Source: Zetaproteobacteria bacterium (lineage in GTDB: Bacteria; Pseudomonadota; Zetaproteobacteria; Mariprofundales; Mariprofundaceae). From it: DNA of 24,000 nucleotides. A model generated the notes under the pieces. It was not told the DNA's origin. It made no database searches and saw only the letters and a list, made by a program, of their open reading frames with translations. The stretch is taken from positions 10,811 to 34,810 of the forward strand of contig QIFG01000037.1 in assembly GCA_003228735.1 (NCBI GenBank). Reading direction: 5' to 3'. The translations under genes were made by a program, and so were the position numbers. Below, in pieces: positions 17,406 to 24,000 of the stretch; positions within the stretch are counted from its first letter, which is position 1; every line of letters begins with the position of its first letter.

Positions 17406-18152
17406 CTATGGCGCCAGCAGGGACTCGATATCAGCCAGAGCAGGGAACCATTCAATGAGCCAGCCGGCCAGCGTGCTGAAGCTGCCCAGAAAGATCAGCG
17501 CTCCAACGAGCATGAGCAGGATGCCGGAGATGATTTCAATGGCATGCAGGTGTTGCCTGAAATCCTGCATCCAGCGAATAAAGCGGTCGGTGGCTGCGGC
17601 AGCCAGCAGGAAGGGAATGGCCAGTCCGGCCGAATACATGGCAAGCAGCGCAATGCCCTGGCCAATGCTTTCCTGGGCTCCGGCCACGGCCAGGATGGCG
17701 CCGAGAATGGGGCCGACGCATGGTGTCCAGCCAAAGGCAAAGGCAACGCCAAGAACGAGCGCCCCCAGCCCGTGCGTTGCCTTGACGCGCTGTGTGTCGA
17801 TGTGCGCATCCATCATCAAAAACGGGATGCGGATCAGGCCGACATAATGCAGGCCAAAGATGAAGATGATGGCGCCGGCAACCTTGCCCAGAATGGCGAG
17901 ATTGGATAACAACCACTGCCCGGCCAGGGAGGCGGATGCGCCCAGTGCGATAAAGACCAGGCTGAAGCCGGCAATGAACCAGAGAGACTGGATGATGGCG
18001 CGCCCGCGTACTGAAGCGTCATGTGCCCGCAGCGCATCAACCGAAGTGCCGCTGATGAATGACAGATATGCCGGCACCAGTGGCAACACGCAGGGCGACA
18101 GAAAGGACAGCAGGCCGGCCAGCATCGCCCCGGCGAAAGTGACTTCAATCAT
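17406..18152 (-). CDS. ccdA: cytochrome c biogenesis / thiol-disulfide transporter CcdA (DsbD-family membrane core)
   Basis: 248 aa, multi-TM, with LSFLSPCVLPLVPAYLSFISG and a second conserved Cys in GWTPCVGPILGAIL. AAGGAG Shine-Dalgarno upstream. Confidence 0.88.
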   Translation of the reverse strand: MIEVTFAGAMLAGLLSFLSPCVLPLVPAYLSFISGTSVDALRAHDASVRGRAIIQSLWFIAGFSLVFIALGASASLAGQWLLSNLAILGKVAGAIIFIFGLHYVGLIRIPFLMMDAHIDTQRVKATHGLGALVLGVAFAFGWTPCVGPILGAILAVAGAQESIGQGIALLAMYSAGLAIPFLLAAAATDRFIRWMQDFRQHLHAIEIISGILLMLVGALIFLGSFSTLAGWLIEWFPALADIESLLAP

Positions 18153-18218
18153 GCATGCAACTCCTTCAGCGCCTTTGTCAGATTCGCTCCCGCATCCTTA
18201 CGAATCATAGTGAAGCCA

Positions 18219-18563
18219 TCATGAAGCAGGCGCCACCTGCTGCTGTAACCAGTCGCCATAAGTCTGCGCCGCTGTTCCCTGCAGGCAGATGATTTCAGGA
18301 GTGTCATATGGATGGTGCGTTTCCAGCCAGCCAATGACCTTTGCTTCAGTCTCAGCGCAGGTTTTAATGCTCAGATAGTATTCGCCATCGTTTTGCACCG
18401 TGCCCTGCCAGCGGTATACGGATGTGCCCTTTGCCGAGATTTGTACACAGGCGGCCAGACGGGCATTAACAAGGCCGTGCGCCAGTTTCCCGGCGGCATC
18501 TTCATCATCTACGCTGGTAAGAATGATACGAATGTCGTCCTGCACGCGGCGCATACTACGCAT
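18219..18563 (-). CDS. cutA: divalent-cation tolerance protein CutA
   Basis: 114 aa. ARLAACVQI..SVYRWQGTV..E..L.IKT....HPYDTPEI follows the CutA1 pattern. Adjacency to a DsbD-family gene mirrors cutA-dsbD in E. coli. Confidence 0.85.
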   Translation of the reverse strand: MRSMRRVQDDIRIILTSVDDEDAAGKLAHGLVNARLAACVQISAKGTSVYRWQGTVQNDGEYYLSIKTCAETEAKVIGWLETHHPYDTPEIICLQGTAAQTYGDWLQQQVAPAS

Positions 18564-18661
18564 GACAGGCGGGGAGGAAAACGTGTAGCCTTTACTTTGC
18601 TACAATTCATCTTGATCTGTATTTGAAGCAGCCTGCAAGCCAGCCAGGAGGAAAGTGTTTT

Positions 18662-20614
18662 ATGTCCGGTACAATCCAATCTGTTCTTCAGGAAAATCGG
18701 AAGTTTGATCCGCCACCCTCAGAGGGCGCCTGCTTTGATTCCATGCAGGCCTATCAGGCATTGCAGGACAGGTTCTTTGATGACATGGAGGGCACCTGGC
18801 GGGAACTGGCCCATGCGCATTTAAGCTGGCGTAAGCCTTTTACGCGTGTGCTGAATCGTGACCAGGCGCCGTTTTTTCGCTGGTTTGAGGATGGCGAACT
18901 GAATGTCTCCGAGAATTGCCTGGACAGGCATGTTGAGGCGGGGCTTGGCAAGCGGACGGCCATCATCTGGGAAGGCGAACCCGGTGAGGTGCGGCGAATT
19001 TCCTATGAGGCGTTGCTTCATGATGTTTGCCGGGCGGCCAATGCCATGCGCGAGATGGGGATTGAGCAGGGCGACAGGGTTGTGATCTACATGCCGATGG
19101 TTCCCGAAGCTGCCGTGGCCATGCTGGCCTGCAGCCGCATCGGCGCAACGCATTCGGTGGTATTTGGCGCATTTTCCGCTCAGGCGCTCAAGGAGCGCAT
19201 CGAAGATGCCGGTGCCAAACTTGTGATCACCGCCGATGGCGGCTACCGCCGCGGCGCTGTGCATGACCTGAAATCCAGTGTTGATGAGGCGTTGAAAACG
19301 GGGTGTGCCTGCGTACGCCATGTGCTGGTCGTTAAGCGGGGCGGCAATGATATCGGCTGGCGGCAGGGGCGTGATATCGACTGGCATGAAGCGTTGAAGG
19401 TTCAGCCCGACACCTGCGAGCCGGTGTCGCTGTCCTCGGAGCATCCATTGTTTATCCTTTATACGTCCGGCTCAACCGGTAAGCCCAAGGGCATCGTGCA
19501 CAGCAGCGGAGGTTTTTTGCTGTGGGCCAGATTAACGATGCAATGGACGTTCGATTTCCGCCCCAAAGATGATGTGTTCTGGTGTACAGCAGACATCGGC
19601 TGGATCACCGGCCATACCTATTCCGTTTATGGTCCCCTGGCCTGTGGCGGCACGACGCTGATGTATGAAGGCGTGCCGACTTATCCTGATGCGGGCCGCC
19701 TGTGGAAGATTTGCGCTGCGCATAGCGTAACGGTGTTCTATACGGCGCCGACTGCGATCCGGGCGTTGATCAAAGCGGGTGATGAATGGCCTGCCAAGCA
19801 TGATCTTTCAAAGCTTCGCATTCTGGGAACGGTTGGTGAGCCGATTAATCCGGAGGCGTGGATCTGGTATTACACGGTCATCGGTGGCGAACGCTGCCCG
19901 ATCGTTGACACCTGGTGGCAGACCGAAACAGGGGGCCACATGCTTTCGCCATTGCCATTTGCCACACCCACAAAACCGGGCTCTGCAACCTTCCCCCTGC
20001 CGGGAATTTTTGCGGCTGTGGTCGACAACGAAGGTAAACCGGTGGGCAAGGGAGAAGGCGGCCTGCTGGTGATTACGCAGCCATGGCCGGCGATGCTGCG
20101 GGGTATCTGGGGAGACCCGAAGCGTTATGAAGAAACCTACTGGCACAAATTTGGTAACCGTTACTACTTTGCCGGTGATGGCGCCCGCTGTGATGAGGAC
20201 GGGTATTTCTGGATTATGGGCCGGGTGGATGATGTGCTGAATGTTTCCGGTCATCGCCTTGGCACCATGGAGGTTGAGTCCGCTCTGGTGTCGCACGAGC
20301 TGGTGGCCGAGGCTGCGATTGTCGGCCGGCCGGATGATGTGAAGGGCGAGGCCATTTTCGCCTTTGTCGTGCTCAAGGGTGAATGCGATGACCCGGCGGC
20401 ATTGGAAGCCATATTGCGTAAGCATGTATCGCAGGAGATCGGACCCATCGCCAAACCGGACGATATCCGCTTTGCCGGCAGCCTGCCGAAAACCCGTTCG
20501 GGAAAGATCATGCGCCGGCTATTGCGCGATATCGCCGCCGGGCGGGAAATCACGCAGGACATCTCTACGCTGGAAGACCAGAAGGTCATCGAACAACTAC
20601 AAGGTCAGCAGTAA
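18662..20614 (+). CDS. acs: acetyl-CoA synthetase
   Basis: ORF 18623 (TTG)..20614. The better start is ATG 18662, which follows AGGAGG (18646-18651). AMP-binding motifs [11 protein letters not shown] and WWQTETGG. C-terminal regulatory-lysine motif [17 protein letters not shown]. Confidence 0.95.
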   Translation: MSGTIQSVLQENRKFDPPPSEGACFDSMQAYQALQDRFFDDMEGTWRELAHAHLSWRKPFTRVLNRDQAPFFRWFEDGELNVSENCLDRHVEAGLGKRTAIIWEGEPGEVRRISYEALLHDVCRAANAMREMGIEQGDRVVIYMPMVPEAAVAMLACSRIGATHSVVFGAFSAQALKERIEDAGAKLVITADGGYRRGAVHDLKSSVDEALKTGCACVRHVLVVKRGGNDIGWRQGRDIDWHEALKVQPDTCEPVSLSSEHPLFILYTSGSTGKPKGIVHSSGGFLLWARLTMQWTFDFRPKDDVFWCTADIGWITGHTYSVYGPLACGGTTLMYEGVPTYPDAGRLWKICAAHSVTVFYTAPTAIRALIKAGDEWPAKHDLSKLRILGTVGEPINPEAWIWYYTVIGGERCPIVDTWWQTETGGHMLSPLPFATPTKPGSATFPLPGIFAAVVDNEGKPVGKGEGGLLVITQPWPAMLRGIWGDPKRYEETYWHKFGNRYYFAGDGARCDEDGYFWIMGRVDDVLNVSGHRLGTMEVESALVSHELVAEAAIVGRPDDVKGEAIFAFVVLKGECDDPAALEAILRKHVSQEIGPIAKPDDIRFAGSLPKTRSGKIMRRLLRDIAAGREITQDISTLEDQKVIEQLQGQQ

Positions 20615-20640
20615 TATATGAAGGTTCCCGGTGAGTTGAT

Positions 20641-23370
20641 TTGGCTGACAGAATAAGCCTGCAGATGCTGCGCAGTGTGCTGGCGCCTTTGCCGGCAGCG
20701 GCGCGACATTATATGACTGCTGTTATCGCGGTGGGTCTGATTTTGATGGCGCTGCATTTCGGCTTGCAGGCACATGTCCAACAACAGGTTCGTCAGTTGG
20801 TGGGCCAGTGGTTGTCAGAGGCCGGCGGTGAGGCGGGAGAGATTCGATACCGTTTGCTGCGTGGCGTCATCACGGTGAAAGATGCGCAACTCTCGCGGGG
20901 CGGTATGACCCTGCATGTCGACAGGGCCTATTTGCATGCTCCTTTGTCCACCCTGCTTTCCGAAAGGCTGAGTGTTTCCCGCGTGCTGCTGCGTGGTCTG
21001 GAAATCGAGCTCGGAAATGAGTTTTCCCGGGACCTTTTTCAGGCGCGTGCACCGCAACATGTACAGGATGCCTTTGACATATTGGAAATGGCCCGGCGCA
21101 TACAGGTTGATGGTTTCAACATCCGTATACTGGGGGGGCAGCCTCTGGAGGTGATCGGCGGCCGCATATTGCTGGCCCAGGACGAGAAATTATACCGTGT
21201 GCAGCTACAGGGCTTTATGGCTGGCGGGCAAATGGAAATGTCCGGTAACTGGCAGCGGGATGACGCCGGAGCCTTGCAGGTGAAATCCGCCTGGAAATGG
21301 CGGAATGTGCCGCTTGAGCCATTGTTTGCCCAGCAGTCCATGCAGGCATGGCTGCAGGGTGCCAGCGATGGCGAGTTGTCCTGGCAGGGAGATTGGACAA
21401 ACGGCTCGCATGAAGCCTCCGGCCGTCTGAGCTTGTTTAATCCGGCAGCGCGGGGATTCGGCGAGGTTAGTGCGCAGACATCCGAGGTCGGCTTTGAAGC
21501 AAAGGCCAGCCATGATCGATGGGAAGCCGATGTTCAGTGCGCCGCACTGCCCTTGAACGGTGCGGCGGCCTATGCGCCCGTATTGAATGGCAGGCAGCTG
21601 GCTTCCGGTTCTTACAGCGGTTCCATACAAGCTGCGGGAAGTACAGAGCAGGGGAATGAGCCTGCCGGCTGGAGGGCTGAAATACAGGGCGAATTGGTGA
21701 ATGTAGTGTACCGGGCACCAAACCTTCCAAGTTGGCATCTGGGCCGTATAGCTCTTACAACGGCGAAAATACGGATGCCTGCACGGCAGTTGCATGTTGA
21801 AAAAGTGCTGATCGCTGACAGCAATGTCGTTTTTTTGCTGGCCGCCTCAGGTGCTGAGACCAATTCGTTTTCAAACTGGCAGGCCCGCATCAGTCACATT
21901 GATGTGCAAGGTCTTAATCTGGGCCTGCAGCCGGCAGAAGCTGCCGATGTGATGCGCTTCCCCGTACTGCAGGGTCGGGGGGAGTTCCGCAAAGGGGGTA
22001 CGCTTGCTGTCGCATTAAATGGCCAGGAGGAAGCAGGGCAATGGCGCATCAAGGCTGAAGCTGTGCCTGTACAAGGGACGTTGACAGCCGATGTCGCAGC
22101 CAAGGGCGTGCCGTTGGTGCGGCTTCGCCCCCTGTTGCCTGAGTGGCCGGGTATGCAGGGTGAGCCGGAGCTTGCCGGCAAGGTGGACATGAACATCAAG
22201 CTATATGCCGGGCCGGATAAGCTGTTTATGCGCGGACAGGTTAAGGCCGTCAACGTATCGATCGCCCAGGCCGGCACACATCTCTCAGCCGATCGTGTGT
22301 TGATTGATATCAGGAGGCTTGGTCTGCAGAAGAGGCATATCGCACACTTACAGGCGGATGGCTGGCGTTACCAGGCAGCCCTGTTGCCGATGGCCGTGCC
22401 CGGGCCCGTTCCCCCGGTTGACCCAGTGAGCCGGAAAGCAAAGAACTGGCGAATTGACCGGCTGGCCTTGAACAGGGGCACGCTAAGTATCGGCAGTGAA
22501 GACGAGGCTTGGTTGCGTGGTATAAAAATCAGGGGGCAAGGCTTATATGCTGGCAATAACGCGCCTGTCAGCATGCAGGCATTCCTCGGTGAGGCTCCTC
22601 TCAGCCTGGAAGGCGCCATGGATACATTTGCTCCGATTCCCCGATTCAATATTCGCGCGAGTCTGCGTCATGCCCTGCCCTTTTTTCTCGGTGACTGGTT
22701 TTCCATTTCGGGCGCACCACGCATCATACGTGGCAGGTTGAACGCAGATTTCAGGCTGGAAAGCGGAAAACCTGCGGGCCAATATCAAGGGGTGCTCTAT
22801 CTCGGCTTGTATCATGGCCAGCTTGCAGATGGCGCCTTTCCGGATGATGCTATGTTGAAGCTGACGGGATACAGCACGCATACCATCTTTGAGCGTTTGC
22901 AGACCCCCACCCGTTGGAGGCTGAAGGCGCCGATTGCAGGCGACTGGCAGAACACGCCCTTGTCGCCGGGGCACATCGGCAGTCAACTGTTGGCTTCCAT
23001 AAAGAGTCAGGTGGAGAAGAAGGCATCTGCCGGGGGCCGCCCCCCGGCAAAGGAAGGAGAGCCGCTCAGCGTGGCGCATGTGCGCCTGCATGACAGGAAG
23101 CGTCTGACGCATAACGAGCGCACGCGCCTGAAGGATATGGTCGCCTCATTTGGCGTTGATCAGAAACCAATTATCGAGTTGCTTCCCCAGTTGGGAAATG
23201 AACAACTGGATGCAGTTTTGGTTCGTCGAGTGAGGCATATTCAAAAGTTGATCAAGGCGTACTTGCGTAAACAGGGCATTCCTCGCTCACGCATTTTTCC
23301 GGTGTGGCCGCAGGAGCAACATCGCACGGGTACGGTCGGCGGCATCACTATTCGGGCCTTTTCGCTATAA
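20641..23370 (+). CDS. large membrane-anchored protein of unknown function (AsmA/DUF748-like; degenerate OmpA-C-like tail)
   Basis: 909 aa with a single N-terminal TM helix (YMTAVIAVGLILMALHFGL) and then a long soluble region without catalytic motifs. The C-terminal ~100 aa have an OmpA-C-like layout (LTHNERTRLKDMV...IKAYLRKQGIPRSRIF). The start is uncertain (TTG 20641, ATG 20665 or 20713). The family call comes from overall architecture only. Confidence 0.55.
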   Translation: MADRISLQMLRSVLAPLPAAARHYMTAVIAVGLILMALHFGLQAHVQQQVRQLVGQWLSEAGGEAGEIRYRLLRGVITVKDAQLSRGGMTLHVDRAYLHAPLSTLLSERLSVSRVLLRGLEIELGNEFSRDLFQARAPQHVQDAFDILEMARRIQVDGFNIRILGGQPLEVIGGRILLAQDEKLYRVQLQGFMAGGQMEMSGNWQRDDAGALQVKSAWKWRNVPLEPLFAQQSMQAWLQGASDGELSWQGDWTNGSHEASGRLSLFNPAARGFGEVSAQTSEVGFEAKASHDRWEADVQCAALPLNGAAAYAPVLNGRQLASGSYSGSIQAAGSTEQGNEPAGWRAEIQGELVNVVYRAPNLPSWHLGRIALTTAKIRMPARQLHVEKVLIADSNVVFLLAASGAETNSFSNWQARISHIDVQGLNLGLQPAEAADVMRFPVLQGRGEFRKGGTLAVALNGQEEAGQWRIKAEAVPVQGTLTADVAAKGVPLVRLRPLLPEWPGMQGEPELAGKVDMNIKLYAGPDKLFMRGQVKAVNVSIAQAGTHLSADRVLIDIRRLGLQKRHIAHLQADGWRYQAALLPMAVPGPVPPVDPVSRKAKNWRIDRLALNRGTLSIGSEDEAWLRGIKIRGQGLYAGNNAPVSMQAFLGEAPLSLEGAMDTFAPIPRFNIRASLRHALPFFLGDWFSISGAPRIIRGRLNADFRLESGKPAGQYQGVLYLGLYHGQLADGAFPDDAMLKLTGYSTHTIFERLQTPTRWRLKAPIAGDWQNTPLSPGHIGSQLLASIKSQVEKKASAGGRPPAKEGEPLSVAHVRLHDRKRLTHNERTRLKDMVASFGVDQKPIIELLPQLGNEQLDAVLVRRVRHIQKLIKAYLRKQGIPRSRIFPVWPQEQHRTGTVGGITIRAFSL

Positions 23371-23427
23371 TTTTTTATCTTATGTGCTACGGCTATTGCG
23401 TAAAAGCCATGATATTTCGGACTGGGT

Positions 23428-23486
23428 TGCCTGACCTCACCTGGGACAGCAACGCCGTGATTGTCGCTCGTGTTAACAGGCCCTAA
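23428..23486 (+). repeat. solo half-copy of the MITE right end
   Basis: A gapless 59-nt alignment to 8997-9055 gives 41/59 identities by hand count. It includes an exact 16-mer, GTGTTAACAGGCCCTA (23470-23485 = 9039-9054), and a 13/14 block, TGGGACAGCA.CGC. No matching left TIR was seen nearby. Confidence 0.65.
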
Positions 23487-23517
23487 GATGCCGGCCATCT
23501 TTGTTTAGGGGATTTAT

Positions 23518-24000
23518 ATGACCGTGCGAACCCGCTTTGCCCCATCTCCCACCGGCATGCTGCATATCGGCGGCGCACGTACGGCGCTTTATGCCTGGCT
23601 GTATGCGCAGCATTGCGGCGGCGAATTTATGTTGCGCATTGAAGATACCGATCTCCAGCGCTCAACAGATGAGGCCATTCAGGTCATTCTCGACGGGTTA
23701 TCATGGCTGGGGCTTGACTGGCATGGCGAGCCGGTATTTCAGGGGCAGCGCCGGGCTCAGCATGTTCAGGCGATTGAGAAGCTGTTGTCCTCAGGTCAGG
23801 CCTACCGTTGCTATTGCAGCAAGGAAGAGTTGGACGCCATGCGCGATGAGCAGCGCGCGCAGGGAAAAAAGCCGATGTATGACGGGCGTTGCCGGCATCG
23901 CGAAGACCCGTCTCTCGACCAGCCATACGTGGTCCGCTTCCGCTCTCCGGACGACGGAGAGACATCGCTGCATGACTTGGTGTTGGACGATGTAAGCTTT
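23518..24000 (+). CDS. gltX: glutamate--tRNA ligase, N-terminal 161 codons (runs off the window end)
   Basis: Not in the ORF track because there is no stop in the window. ATG 23518 gives [43 protein letters not shown], which is the class I HIGH motif and GltX N-terminus. AGGGGA Shine-Dalgarno upstream. Confidence 0.92.
   Translation, partial: MTVRTRFAPSPTGMLHIGGARTALYAWLYAQHCGGEFMLRIEDTDLQRSTDEAIQVILDGLSWLGLDWHGEPVFQGQRRAQHVQAIEKLLSSGQAYRCYCSKEELDAMRDEQRAQGKKPMYDGRCRHREDPSLDQPYVVRFRSPDDGETSLHDLVLDDVSF

Noticed and set aside
17293-17909. 184-aa and 174-aa plus-strand ORFs, plus several nested minus-strand ORFs
   Set aside because: They overlap ccdA, which has clear TM and Cys motifs, in other frames. 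The compositions are typical of off-frame translation.
21421-21431. Near-matches to uptake sequences (GCCGTCTGAg at ~21422; AAGTGCGGc at ~2183)
   Set aside because: Each is a single imperfect occurrence inside or near coding sequence. There is no enrichment, so there is no evidence for a DUS/USS system.

Overview
This is a GC-rich (roughly 60% by hand count) proteobacterial chromosomal segment, and almost all of it is housekeeping. Gene order looks Beta/Gammaproteobacteria-like; I cannot name the species.

Left to right:
- tpiA (partial, minus strand, missing from the ORF track)
- rsmA/ksgA
- beta-carbonic anhydrase and grxC (minus)
- comF-like gene divergent from a bioF-bioH-bioC-bioD operon, with a BirA-type operator at the overlapping 5' ends
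- a ~1.7 kb low-GC islet (~40% G+C) with a two-gene type II restriction-modification module: a beta-class SPPY methyltransferase and a candidate endonuclease
- nudF
- a 287-bp MITE-like element with 29-nt terminal inverted repeats
- murJ
- the rpsU-yqeY-dnaG-rpoD operon
- a minus-strand cluster: cutA, ccdA, zapB-like, zapA, 6S RNA (ssrS), 5-formyl-THF cyclo-ligase, ymdB-like phosphoesterase
- acs
- a 909-aa uncharacterised membrane-anchored protein
- a solo half-copy of the repeat element
- the 5' end of gltX

No CRISPR array, tRNA, rRNA, integrase or transposase was seen. I found no convincing evidence for a wholly new multi-gene system. The most interesting items are:
- the RM islet and its mosaic junction with bioD
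- the TA-flanked MITE family, which abuts the nudF start and supplies the murJ stop
- the 6S RNA, whose closing stem overlaps the zapA 3' end
- the BirA operator inside overlapping divergent starts
- the 909-aa envelope protein

The many long ORFs antisense to real genes are GC-rich frame artefacts.
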